From assembly GCA_963828965.1 (NCBI GenBank), contig CAWHGL010000004.1, forward strand, positions 12,146-76,145: a DNA stretch of 64,000 nucleotides, written 5' to 3'. This DNA is from an uncultured Chloroflexia bacterium. Its GTDB lineage: Bacteria > Chloroflexota > Limnocylindria > Limnocylindrales > CSP1-4. The notes below the pieces were generated by a model. It was not told the origin of the DNA. It saw only the letters and a program-made list of their open reading frames with translations, and did not search any database. The position numbers were made by a program, and so were the translations under genes. Shown one piece after another: positions 41,397 through 51,573 of this stretch (position 1 is its first letter; each line of letters opens with the position of its first letter).

Positions 41397-42251
41397 TCAG
41401 AGGAAGCCGGCGCTCGGCAGGATCCGGTCCGCGTCCAAGAGGGCCGGATCCGTCGCGCAGTACTGGTCCCGGTCCGAGATCCGCGCGCCGCGCTCCAGCA
41501 GCCACGGCACGGCCGGATGCGGCCCCGCGATGGTCATGACCAGCCCCGGCGCGTCCCCAAGCGCGGCGCGCAGCGCTGCGATCGTGACCGCGACCGGCTC
41601 CGCGCCGGGCGCGATCGTGACGTGGTCGACCGCGCGCCATACGCCTCGCCGGGTGCGGTTGGACCAGGCCACGGCGGCCACGGCCCCGTCCTCCCGAACG
41701 AGGTGACCGGCGCCGTCGGGCAGGCCCGCGTAGTGGTCGAAGTCGACGGTCCGGTCCATGCCCGTCCAGGTCCGTGACCAGGACGCGGTCGTGGCCGCGT
41801 CCGCGGCCTCGGTCGTGATCGACGCTGGCGCGCCGGCGGCGAGCACCGCGGCGTCGACGCTCAGGTAGAGCAGCGGCCACCACGGTCGCAGGCCGGCCCG
41901 GATGTACGTCGCCGAGCGCACGCGGGTCGGCCGACGAGAACGTCAGGCGCTCGGTCGTGCCGTCGAAGGCCATGGCGAGCAGGGCACGACCCACGCCGTG
42001 GTCCTGGCGGTCGGGTCGCACGAAGAGGTCGCTCAGGAATCGGACGTCCGGCCGTCCGACCTCGATGGAGCCGGCCATGCCGATCGCCAGGCCGGTGTCG
42101 TCGATGGCGAGCGGGACGCGCGCCCGCGCGACGAGGTGCTCGACGTACGGCCAGCCGGGCAGCCCCGGCCACGCCGCCGACTCGCCGGAGACCTCGAGCA
42201 CGTCCGCGACGGCCGGGATGTCCGCAGCCGTCGCCGCCCGGACGATCATCG
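41397..42251 (-). CDS. GNAT-family N-acetyltransferase, two-domain, with an apparent 1 nt deletion frameshift near 41920.
   Basis: The N-terminal GNAT fragment (RQDHGVGRALL) is in the 41197..42585 frame and the C-terminal part is in the 41397..41921 frame. Confidence 0.55.
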
Positions 42252-43373
42252 GCCGTGCGCCGCCATGACCTCCCGCAGCCGGTCGTGGGGCAGCGCGTAG
42301 GCCGTGATGCCGTCCCGGCCGGTCGTGGTCGTGGCCGCGACGAGGGCGTTGACGATGGCCTCCTCGGTCGACTCGATGACCGCGTCGAAGAGTCGGTCGA
42401 TGACGATGTCGCCGACCGCGCGGACGTCGTACGTGCCGCGCCCGGACGGGTCGTCGTCGACGCCGGTGCCGTGCGGCAGGCGATTGCCGGTGGCGAAGGC
42501 GATGAACAGGTCGCCGCTCGTGTGGCCGCCCGTGCCGCCCATCCGGGCGATCCCGAGGCCGGCCCGCTGGGCCAGTCGCTCGCACTGGTGGGGGAGCAGC
42601 GGGGCGTCCGTGGCCACGACCACGATGATCGAGCCCGAGCCCGGCGGCGGGCCGTGCAGCGCCGCTTCCTGGTCGTAGGGGCTCGGGACCTCGGTGACCG
42701 GGATGGCCTCGCCGACGCGCACGCCATCGATGCGCAGCCAGTCCCGCCGGCCGTAGTTCGCCTGCACGAGCGCCCCGACCGCGAAGCCGCCGACGTCGTC
42801 GGCCAGGACTCGTGACGCCGTCCCGATGCCGCCCTTGAACTCGTGGCAGACCATGCCGGTCCCGCCACCCACCGCGCCCTCGGCGACCGGGCCGTCCGAC
42901 GCATCCTCGAGGGCCGCATGCAGGTGCTCGGCCGTGACGTGGAAGCCATTCGTGTCGTTGAGCAGGCCGTCCCAGGTCTCCCCGACGACGGGCAGCGACC
43001 AGGCGGCGTCGCTCGGGTCACGGCGCACGGACGCGGCGACGAGCGCATCGCGCACGACGCCGACGCTGTGGGTGTTGGTGATGGCCACCGGCGTCGTGAG
43101 CAGCCCCGATTCGCGGACCCATTCCAGACCGGTCAGCTCGCCGTTGCCGTTCAGCCGGTGGCAGCCGGCGAAGACCGGTTCACGCCAGTCGGCGCTGCCA
43201 CGCGGGCAGATGACGGTCACGCCGGTCCGGACGGGACCCTCGCCGGTGACCAGCGGTCCGTCGCCGCGGATGATGGTGGTGTGGCCCACGGTGACGCCCG
43301 CGACGTCGGTGATGGCGTTGCGTGGTCCGGGCGTCCCCCGCCCGATGGTGATGCCCAGATCGCGTGCACGCAT
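42246..43373 (-). CDS. DmpA/S58 (P1) family aminopeptidase: L-aminopeptidase / D-Ala-esterase, beta-peptidyl aminopeptidase-like.
   Basis: 375 aa from the ATG at 43373 (MRARDLGITIGRG...), with the conserved GITIGHTT-like N-terminal and self-processing-region motifs of DmpA. Confidence 0.7.
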   Translation of the reverse strand: MRARDLGITIGRGTPGPRNAITDVAGVTVGHTTIIRGDGPLVTGEGPVRTGVTVICPRGSADWREPVFAGCHRLNGNGELTGLEWVRESGLLTTPVAITNTHSVGVVRDALVAASVRRDPSDAAWSLPVVGETWDGLLNDTNGFHVTAEHLHAALEDASDGPVAEGAVGGGTGMVCHEFKGGIGTASRVLADDVGGFAVGALVQANYGRRDWLRIDGVRVGEAIPVTEVPSPYDQEAALHGPPPGSGSIIVVVATDAPLLPHQCERLAQRAGLGIARMGGTGGHTSGDLFIAFATGNRLPHGTGVDDDPSGRGTYDVRAVGDIVIDRLFDAVIESTEEAIVNALVAATTTTGRDGITAYALPHDRLREVMAAHGR

Positions 43374-43500
43374 CCACGGAGGGTAGCGGTCCACGGCCGG
43401 CGTGACGCCCCGTCGCGGGCGATGGTCGGCGGGCGCCAGGGGCGCGTCATGGGAGCGGGCGTGAGGGCTCGTCACGGCGCCCGGCCGTATCATCGAGGGC

Positions 43501-44976
43501 GTGATCCCCGTCGGTCCGAACCCACCCGGTACGCCTGCGGCGACGCTCCGGCTGCGACGTCTGCCGGACCGCATCGCCGCGGCCCGGGCCATCGACGTCG
43601 CCGAGGCGTTCCGTGACCTGCCGGGGCTCGCCCTGCTCGAGAGCGCTCGACCCGGCCGCAACGCCCGCTGGACGTACCTGACGGCCGACCCGGTGGCGGT
43701 GCTCGAGTCGCCGGCCGCAGGTCCCGATCCGTTCGCCGTCGCCCGCCGCCTCGTGGCCCGGCTCGATGCGACGCCGGTGGTGCCGGCCGACGCGCCGCGC
43801 TTCCTCGGCGGCCTCGTCGGCTTCCTCGGCTACGACCTCGGGCACGTCTTCGAACGGTTGCCCTCGATCGCCGCCGACGACCAGGGCCTGCCGCCGCTGC
43901 GCCTCGCCCTCCACGACTGGGTCGTGGCCTGGGACCGCCGGACCGGGCACGCCTGGCTGGGTGGCCGGGCGCTCGATGGCGACGGGCGGCGTCTGGCCCG
44001 CCGTCTCGACGACGTCCACGCTCGTCTCACGTCGCCACCGGCCGGGCTTTCGGCCGCCGTCGACGCGGCTGGCGCCGCCGACGACTCGCGCCGCCCGGCG
44101 ATGCCGAACGGCGGGAACCCGCTGATCTTCCGCTCCTCGCTCGGGCGTGCCGCGTACGAGGCCGCGGTCGAGCGCGTGCGCGACCACATCGCCGATGGCG
44201 ACCTGTACCAGGCCAACCTGACCCGACGCCTCGAGACCCCGTTCGACGAGGACCCGTGGCCACGCTACCGCCACCTCCGGACCGGCGACCCGTCGCTCTT
44301 CTCGGCCTATCTGGATCTCGGCGCCTCGCCCGAGACCGGTCGGCCGCGGGCGCTGCTGTCCGCGTCGCCCGAGCCGTTCCTGTCGCTCGACGCGGACGGC
44401 GTCGTGGCCAGCGACCCGATCAAGGGCACCCGGCCGCGCGGCCGCGACCGTGCCGAGGACCGGGCGTTGGCGTGCGAGCTGCTGGCCAGTGCCAAGGACC
44501 GCGCCGAGAACGTGATGATCGTCGACGTCCTGCGCAACGACCTTGGCCGCGTCTGCCTGGCGGGCACGGTCCGCGTCCCGCGCCTGTGCCGCCTGGAGCG
44601 GACGGTCGCGGTCCAGCACCTCGTCTCGACCGTCACCGGTCGGCTGGCCGAAGGGCGTGACGCGTTCGACGTCCTGGCCGCGTCGTTCCCCGGTGGCTCG
44701 ATCACCGGCGCCCCGAAGATCCGGGCGATGGAGATCCTCGAGGGCCTCGAGCCGGTCCGCCGCGGGCCGTACACCGGGGCGCTGGGCTGGATCGGCCCCG
44801 ATGGCGCGATGCAGACGAGCATCCTCATCCGGACGTTCGTCGCCGACGGCCGGCGGCTGACCCTGCACGTCGGCGGCGGCATCACCTGGCACAGCGACCC
44901 GGCCGCCGAATGGGACGAGACCGTGGCCAAGGCCCGCGGCCCGCTCGGTGCCATCGGCGGCGAGGAGGCGGCGTGA
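43501..44976 (+). CDS. pabB: Aminodeoxychorismate synthase component I.
   Basis: Chorismate-binding family motifs (LLESA..., PGGSITGAPK, GGGI). Confidence 0.8.
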   Translation: MIPVGPNPPGTPAATLRLRRLPDRIAAARAIDVAEAFRDLPGLALLESARPGRNARWTYLTADPVAVLESPAAGPDPFAVARRLVARLDATPVVPADAPRFLGGLVGFLGYDLGHVFERLPSIAADDQGLPPLRLALHDWVVAWDRRTGHAWLGGRALDGDGRRLARRLDDVHARLTSPPAGLSAAVDAAGAADDSRRPAMPNGGNPLIFRSSLGRAAYEAAVERVRDHIADGDLYQANLTRRLETPFDEDPWPRYRHLRTGDPSLFSAYLDLGASPETGRPRALLSASPEPFLSLDADGVVASDPIKGTRPRGRDRAEDRALACELLASAKDRAENVMIVDVLRNDLGRVCLAGTVRVPRLCRLERTVAVQHLVSTVTGRLAEGRDAFDVLAASFPGGSITGAPKIRAMEILEGLEPVRRGPYTGALGWIGPDGAMQTSILIRTFVADGRRLTLHVGGGITWHSDPAAEWDETVAKARGPLGAIGGEEAA

Positions 44977-45887
44977 GCGATCGCCCCCGCCACGTCTGGG
45001 TCGACGGCGCGGTGCTGCCCGGCCGATGGCCCGCACCTGTCCGTCTTCGATCGCGGCTTCCAGCTCGGCGACGGGCTGTTCGAGACGCTCCGCGCGCGCG
45101 GCGGGCGCCCGACCGAGCTCGATGCCCACATCGCCCGCCTGCATCGGTCCGCGAGTGGGCTCGAGATCGCCCTGCCCGCCGACGTCGATGACCGCCTCGC
45201 GACGGGCATCGCCGACCTGCTGGCCGCCGAGGACCTCGACGGCCCCGACGGCGACGCCTCGGTCCGCATCACGGTCTCGCGCGGACCGTTCCGTGCGCGC
45301 GGCGTCCTGCCTCCCGACGAGGGCGCCGCGGCGACGATCGTCATCCAGGCCTGGCCCGTGGTCGCGGCGCCGCCCAGCCACCTCGAACGCGGGCTGCATC
45401 TCGTCGCGAGCCGGGTCCGGCGCGACCCCCAGAACCCGCTCGCGATGCTCAAGACGACGTCCCGTGCCGAATACGTCTACGCCCGTCTCGAGGCCCGCCG
45501 GGCGGGCGCCGATGACGCGCTCTTCCTGACCATCGACGACGACCTGTCCGAGGCGACCAGCGCGAACCTGTTCCTCGTCCGGGGGGCGCCCGACGGCGCG
45601 GTCGAGCTCGCCACGCCGTCACTCGACTGCGCGATCCTGCCGGGCACGACGCGCTCGTGGCTGCTCGGCTGGGGAGAGCGGGTCGGGCCTGCGCCCGATC
45701 GAGGCGCGCCTGCGCACCGCGGACCTCGCGGCGGCGGACGAGGCGTTCCTGTCCTCGAGCGTCGCCGGGATCCTGCCGGTCACGACGCTTCGCCGGGGCG
45801 CCCATCGGCGATGGCCGGCCGGGCGCCTGGACCCTGCGCGCCCGGGCCGATCGCGAGGCGATGATCGGCGCCACGGACGAGCGATGA
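44973..45887 (+). CDS. pabC: Aminodeoxychorismate lyase / class IV aminotransferase, carrying about three frameshifts (near 45010, 45690 and 45790).
   Basis: GTG start overlaps the pabB stop (GTGA). Stitched across frames the protein reads VWVDGAVLPADGPHLSVFDRGFQLGDGLFETLRARGG ... LPGTTRSW ... EAFLSSSVAGILPVTTL ... GAPIGDGRPGAW. Confidence 0.65.
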
Positions 45888-46389
45888 CCCGCGACGAGCT
45901 CATCCGCCGGACCCGTCAGCTCATCGACGAGGGCGAGCGACTCGAGGCCCAGCCGTCGATGGGCGCGCTCCAGCTCTGGCTGCAGCTGTCCGACGACCTG
46001 CTGGCCACGGCCTGGGGGAGCATGGATCGGTATCACCTGGCCTGGCTCATGGTCGGCAAGCCCAAGGGCATCGTGCGCGGCCGGCCCATGACGCCCGAGG
46101 AGGAGGCCGCTACGTCCGCGAGGTCGCCGGCCAGAAGACGGCCGCGCTGCGGATGAGCCTCGACGCCGTCGAGCGCCAGTCGATGCCGTTCGTGGGCGAG
46201 ACCGGCGGCGTCCGGCCGGGTGCGGCTGCGCCGGCCGAGTCGCGACCCGTCGACCGCGCGCCCGACCGGGCGGGGTTGCCGGTGGATCCGTCGCTTGCCG
46301 ATCGGCTCGAGGCTGCCCGGCGCGAGGCCGAGGCCCACCGCGATCACGGGGAGCGGCGCGCTCCACGGCCGGACCGGATGCAGCGTTGA
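45884..46389 (+). CDS. Hypothetical protein (about 167 aa) with a 1 nt deletion frameshift near 46112.
   Basis: ATGA overlap with pabC. The two track ORFs (45884..46156 and 46153..46389) join if GCCGCTACG is read as GCCGCCTACG. Confidence 0.4.
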
Positions 46390-47695
46390 GCGAAACGGTC
46401 CGCACGACCGTGCCCGCGATGGGCGGCACCCGCCAGGTCCCGGCGCCGGACCCGATCGCCACCGACTACCTGCTGCTGGCCCTGCGTCTCGACCAGCACC
46501 TGCCCGGCCTCGTCGACGGCTACTTCGGTCCGGCCGCGCTCAAGGCCCAGGTGGACCTCGAGCAGCGTCGCCCGGCCGTGCGCCTGCGCGAGGACGCCGT
46601 CGCCCTGCGGGCGCGCGCGGCCAGCGAGGTCGCGCGAGCCCGACCGGCGTGCGTGGCTCGACGCCCAGCTCGTGGCGCTCGAGGCCCACGCCGCTGCGCT
46701 GAGCGGCGAACAGCTGTCCTACGTCGAGCTCGTGACCTGCTTCCTCGGGTTCGCGCCGCCGCGCCACGACGAGGCGGCGTTCGCGTCGGCGCGCGCGACG
46801 ATCGACGAGCTGCTCCCCGGTGACGGCTCGCTCGACGAGCGACTGGCGGCCTGGGATGCGCCGCTCGCGGTCGCCCTCGAGCGGCTGCCGTCCGTCATCG
46901 ACTGGCTCGTCGAGCGCTTCCGCGGCCGGGCGGCTCGGGACTTCGGCCTGCCCGATGGCGAGGGACTCCGCGTGCGGACTCGTCACGCGGCCAGCCGTGG
47001 GGTGGCTACTGCTGGTACGACGGCGGTCGCCGCTCCCGGGTCGACATCAACACGGACCTGCCGGTCCGCGCTCCCGACCTGCTCGGGCTCATCGCCCACG
47101 AGACGTACCCGGGCCACCACCTCGAGCACGCCTGGAAGGAGACGGACCTGGTCGACCGATCGCGGCCGTCTGGAGGCCTCGATCCTGCGTCATGAACACG
47201 CCCGAGTGCCCGGTCAGCGAGGGGCTCGCCGACCTGGGGCGCTCGTTCGCGGTCCCGCCCGCGGACGAGGTCGACCTGCTGGTCGAGACGTTCGAGCGGG
47301 CGGCGCTGCCGATCGCCGCCGATCCGGCCGCGCCGCGCGCGCCGTCGCGCAGCGCTGCGTCGAGCTGGGCCGGGCCCGACGGGCGCTTGGGTGCCGTGCG
47401 CGGCGATGCCGCGCTGCTGCGCCACGCCGACGGACGTTCGGCCGAGGAGGTCCTGGCCTACCTCATCGAGGTTGGTGGCTACACCCCGGCCGTGGCCGCC
47501 AAGCGGCTCGCGTTCATCGAGCACCCGCTGTGGCGGACGTACGTCTTCGTCTACGCCGAGGGCGAGGCCATGCTGCGCCGCTGGGTCGATGCGGTCCCGG
47601 CCGCCGAGCGTACGGCGCGATTCGGCCGGCTGCTCCACGAGCAGGTCACCCCGGCGACGATCCTCGCGGAGACGGCGTCCCGGCCGACGGGCTGA
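46386..47695 (+). CDS. DUF885-like HExxPGHH protein, a second paralogue, fragmented over three frames by about four frameshifts.
   Basis: Frames 46386, 46672 and 46820 each carry parts. [15 protein letters not shown] (around 47090-47135) and a [10 protein letters not shown] region are present. The TTG start overlaps the previous stop. Confidence 0.5.
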
Positions 47696-47895
47696 GGGTC
47701 GTCTCGCGCGGGCCTTGTCGCCCGCGCCGAGCGCGCCGGTGAGTCGTCGGGTCATCGGATCGGCCTCCGGCGAGCGGGCCGGGGACATCCTCGGCCGTCG
47801 TGCCCCTCCTACACCGCCCGTGGCCGTGTGGTTCCCGTGGCGATGACGCTGGGGCCCGGAGGCGCGCGTCGGTCGCGGACGCCCGCGTTCGTGCC

Positions 47896-48441
47896 TCAGA
47901 GGTCTCGCACGAACACGACCCGATCCTCGCCCGGCCCGTCGTAGTCCGGGTAGGCGGGCGTCCCGTAGATCGGCTGCGTCCCGGCCCCGTCGTCGATCCG
48001 GAAGCCCATCGCCCGATGGAAGCCGACGGACACCCGGTTGCCCGGCCAGGTGATCGCCCGGACCCGCACGGCGCCGTGGGCGGCGAGGTCGGCGAACGCC
48101 CGCTCGTAGAGGGCCCGGCCGATGCCGCGCTTCCGTCGGTTCGGGTCGCTCGCGATGAGGTGGACGTAGCCCGTCGTCGGGTCGTCGGCGCTCACGAACC
48201 CGACGAGGAACCCGCGCAACCGGCCGTCCGCCTCCTCGGCGATCCAGGACGTGCCAGTGAAGTGCTGAAGCCACAGCCGCGGGAGCAGGGCGCGCAGGGG
48301 GCGGCCGCCCCACCACTCGTCGATGACCTCGACCATGCGCGCGTGGTCCGCCTCGACCGGCCGGCGGAGGATGACCCCTGGGTCGGCGTCGGCCGAGGCG
48401 GCCGCCGCCGCTGGGACGGCCTCGGGGTCGGGCGCGCTCAT
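47896..48441 (-). CDS. GNAT-family N-acetyltransferase.
   Basis: 181 aa from an internal ATG, with RRKRGIGRALYERA (a Q/RxxGxG/A motif). It is coupled (ATGA) to the upstream membrane protein. Confidence 0.75.
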   Translation of the reverse strand: MSAPDPEAVPAAAAASADADPGVILRRPVEADHARMVEVIDEWWGGRPLRALLPRLWLQHFTGTSWIAEEADGRLRGFLVGFVSADDPTTGYVHLIASDPNRRKRGIGRALYERAFADLAAHGAVRVRAITWPGNRVSVGFHRAMGFRIDDGAGTQPIYGTPAYPDYDGPGEDRVVFVRDL

Positions 48442-48932
48442 CGTGCGGCCCACCACGCGCCGACCGCGGCGAGGACCGCCTCGATCGGGACGAGGATGCC
48501 CCACGTGTCCGCGAGGTACTCGGGCAAGGCGAGGACCCCGCCTTCGGTCCGGGCATACAGCCACAGCCCGACCTGCCCGAGGACGACCGCGCCGAGCGCG
48601 ATGGCGACGGCCAGCCACGGCCGTGTCTGCGTCGCCAGCCCGTTACCGGCGCCCGCCTTCAGAGCCATGCCGACCGCCCAGCCGGTCGCGACCGCGACGA
48701 CGAGGAGTCCCGCCGACAGCGCCAGCGGCCCGCCGAACACGATGGTCGCGACCGTCCCGGCCAGACCCGCCAGCACGCCGAATGCGATGCCCCGAGCCGG
48801 CGATGCATCCCGGTCGGCGTCCGCATCCGGGGCCGGCGTCGGAGCCGTCTCGCGGTAGCGATCCGACGGCGGTCGATCGAGCCGGCGTTCGCCGGGCGGC
48901 GGGGTCGATGCGGGATCGGTCACGCGGGCCAT
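48438..48932 (-). CDS. Hypothetical membrane protein (about 164 aa, four TM helices, Pro/Asp-rich N-terminus).
   Basis: Hydrophobic helices. Its stop overlaps the GNAT start. Confidence 0.5.
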   Translation of the reverse strand: MARVTDPASTPPPGERRLDRPPSDRYRETAPTPAPDADADRDASPARGIAFGVLAGLAGTVATIVFGGPLALSAGLLVVAVATGWAVGMALKAGAGNGLATQTRPWLAVAIALGAVVLGQVGLWLYARTEGGVLALPEYLADTWGILVPIEAVLAAVGAWWAAR

Positions 48933-48983
48933 CGTAGCGCCCGGACCGTGGCGCGGGCGCCGACCGGCCGCTAGACTCCGCTC

Positions 48984-49466
48984 GTGAGTCACCCCAGCCT
49001 CGGACGCCCACCCCTCGACGCCACCGCCGGCATCCCCGATGCCGCGCGTCGCATCCGCCAGCGGGCCGCCGAGCTCGCGGCCCGAGCGCTGTCGGTCGCG
49101 CTCGACCACGACCCGACCATGCGTGATCGCTACGACGAGTCCGGCCTGCGCGCCCGCCTGCACGATGCCGAGCTGCTGGCCGATCGACTTGCCCTGTGCG
49201 TCGCGGCGAACGATCCGACCCCACTCCGGGAATACGCCGACTGGACGTCGCCCGTCTACCGGCGCAAGCGGGTCCCGCTCGATGACCTCATCGGGCTGTG
49301 CGAAGGCCTCCGGTCGGCGCTGCCGCTGGCGCTCGCGCCGGGCGAGCTGGACGCGGCCGGGACCGCCCTCGACGCAGCCGTCACCCAGTACCGCTGGCAC
49401 CGCCGTCTGGCCGGCGACGCGCGCAAGAAGAACGCCTTCCTGCAATTCATCTACAAGGGCGGGTGA
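48984..49466 (+). CDS. Hypothetical protein (160 aa).
   Basis: GTG start. It ends 8 nt before the DUF433 gene. Confidence 0.45.
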   Translation: MSHPSLGRPPLDATAGIPDAARRIRQRAAELAARALSVALDHDPTMRDRYDESGLRARLHDAELLADRLALCVAANDPTPLREYADWTSPVYRRKRVPLDDLIGLCEGLRSALPLALAPGELDAAGTALDAAVTQYRWHRRLAGDARKKNAFLQFIYKGG

Positions 49467-49473
49467 GCGGCGC

Positions 49474-49788
49474 ATGACGATCAAATGGGTGCAGCAGGAC
49501 CCGCTCGTCCTCAATGGCGAGCCGTTCTGCTATGGCTCGCGACTGACCGTCCGCCAGCTCCTCGAGCTGCGGGTCAACGGCTACGACCTGACCCGCATCC
49601 TGACCGACCATCCGGAGCTCAAGCGGCTGGGCGTCGCCGCCGCGTTCGTCTACGCCGCCGACCACCGCGAGCGCTACGCCGACTTCTTCGAGGCCGATGG
49701 CTCGCTCAGCGGACCCGGCTATTCCGCCGAGGAGGCGGCAGGGCTGCCGTCCCAATACCAGCGACCCGGGGTCGTCCTGGAGGCCTGA
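49474..49788 (+). CDS. DUF433 domain protein.
   Basis: MTIKWVQQDPLVLNGEPFCYGSRLTVRQLLE matches the DUF433 core. Confidence 0.65.
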   Translation: MTIKWVQQDPLVLNGEPFCYGSRLTVRQLLELRVNGYDLTRILTDHPELKRLGVAAAFVYAADHRERYADFFEADGSLSGPGYSAEEAAGLPSQYQRPGVVLEA

Positions 49789-49858
49789 CGCCTCCGGCCC
49801 GCGGATCGAGATCTCGCCGTTGGCGGCACCATCGACGGAGCTCGACCGTCTACCGCCC

Positions 49859-50923
49859 ATGACTCCTTCCGACCCGATCCGGTCCTCCGTCCGACGCCTG
49901 GCCGCGACGGCCGTGCTGCTCGTATTCGTCGTCGCCGCGTGTGGCGCCACATCGTCGCCACCGGCCACCGTTGCTCCGGTTCCCGATGCCACGTCGACCG
50001 ACGCCCCCGCGACTGCCGGACCCGGAAGCGCCGACCCCGTCCCGCCCGCGCCACCGCTGTCCGACGCGGAGGTGCTCGACGCCATGCGATCGCGGGAGCA
50101 GCTGGGGCTCCGCGCGGACGACGCCTGGGTCCGCCAGGTGGCCGCCGACCCGAACGCGGTCCTGGACTGGGGCTTCCCGCTCCTGCCGTTCGAAGCCGCC
50201 GAGCTCGCCGACCGCCCGACCGGCGACGATGTCGTGACGAACGCCGTGCGCGGCTACCTCGAGTCGCATCCCGACATCTCCGGCGGCCTCTATCTCGACC
50301 AGGCCCGCGGCGGCGTCGTCACCGCGTTGGTCACGGCCGATCCCGAGGTCCACGAGGCCGCCATCCGGGCGCTCGTCGACGGACCCGCGCCGATCGCCGT
50401 TCGCCAGGTCCGCTGGACGGAAGCCGAGCTGCTCGATCTCCAGGAGCGGATCGGCGACGCCCAGGCCTTCCTGACCAGCCTGCCGGCACGGATGACGACG
50501 TCGAGCGTCAACGTCATCGACAACCGCGTCGAGCTCTCCATCTCGAGCGCCGTACCCGATGCTGCCGACCGGATCGCGACCCAGCTCGGCGTCCAGCCTG
50601 GACAGCTCGTGGTCACGTCCGACGGCACCGGTCTGTTGCTCCAGCCGACCGGCCGGATCGTCGGCCACATCAGCGCTCCCGCGGGCACGGACATGAGCGC
50701 GCTCTCGCCCCAGTACGAGGCGGACGTGGACATCGGCGCCCAGGACGCCGTCGGCATCGCCGTCGGCCCGGACGGCACCTTCACCATCGACGACCTGCCC
50801 CCGACCGGCTACACCGTCACGATCCTCGAGCTCGCCGACGCCGGCAACCGCGAAGTCGGCTCCGCCCGTGCCATCGTCCCACCCGGCGGCGTCGTCGCCG
50901 TCGAGATCCCGATCGCCCCGTGA
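49859..50923 (+). CDS. Secreted lipoprotein of unknown function.
   Basis: Signal peptide with lipobox VVAACGA. 354 aa. Confidence 0.55.
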   Translation: MTPSDPIRSSVRRLAATAVLLVFVVAACGATSSPPATVAPVPDATSTDAPATAGPGSADPVPPAPPLSDAEVLDAMRSREQLGLRADDAWVRQVAADPNAVLDWGFPLLPFEAAELADRPTGDDVVTNAVRGYLESHPDISGGLYLDQARGGVVTALVTADPEVHEAAIRALVDGPAPIAVRQVRWTEAELLDLQERIGDAQAFLTSLPARMTTSSVNVIDNRVELSISSAVPDAADRIATQLGVQPGQLVVTSDGTGLLLQPTGRIVGHISAPAGTDMSALSPQYEADVDIGAQDAVGIAVGPDGTFTIDDLPPTGYTVTILELADAGNREVGSARAIVPPGGVVAVEIPIAP

Positions 50924-51156
50924 ATACCCAGGCGCTGGCCGGGGTCCCGTGGCGCGGCAGGCCGAAAACGCCGGAGCGAGCCCGCAAAGCGAACCGTTCA
51001 GCGAACGATGCGCAGCGAGTTCGCGCAGGTGAGCGGTGCGGACTCGCGCCGGCGCACACAGAGCTGGCGCCCCGGGACCCTGACCTCCGTCCGCAGGGTC
51101 CCTTGCACGACGGGTGGTACGCTTTTCGTCCGCACCGTTCCGGAGAACCTCGCCGA

Positions 51157-51507
51157 ATGACCGACACCACGACCGATCCCGCCACCGCCCCGACCGCCGA
51201 AGCGCCGCAAGCGCCCGCGTTCGATGCCGAGCGACGGGCCACCGAGCTCGCCATCCTCGATGCGCTGCGCGCCGTCGTGGACCCCGAGATCGGCATGAAT
51301 GTGGTCGAGCTCGCCCTCATCAAGCAGATCCTGCTGGGGCCCGACTCGACCGAGATCAAGATGATCCTGACCACGCCGTTCTGCCCCTACGCCGGGTCGA
51401 TGATCGCCCAGGTCAAGGAACAGGCCGAGTCGGTCGTGGAGCATGACGTGAAGGTCACCCTGCTGGCCGAGCGCTGGGATCCGCGCGACGCCGGCCTGAT
51501 GTGGTGA
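51157..51507 (+). CDS. DUF59 (MIP18/SufT-like) Fe-S cluster assembly protein.
   Basis: DPEIGMNVVELALI...TTPFCP is the DUF59 signature. Confidence 0.75.
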   Translation: MTDTTTDPATAPTAEAPQAPAFDAERRATELAILDALRAVVDPEIGMNVVELALIKQILLGPDSTEIKMILTTPFCPYAGSMIAQVKEQAESVVEHDVKVTLLAERWDPRDAGLMW

Positions 51508-51573
51508 ATCGATCGCCCTACCGAGAGTGATCCCAGGACCAGGACATCAGGTGCACGAGGAGCACGACGTTCG

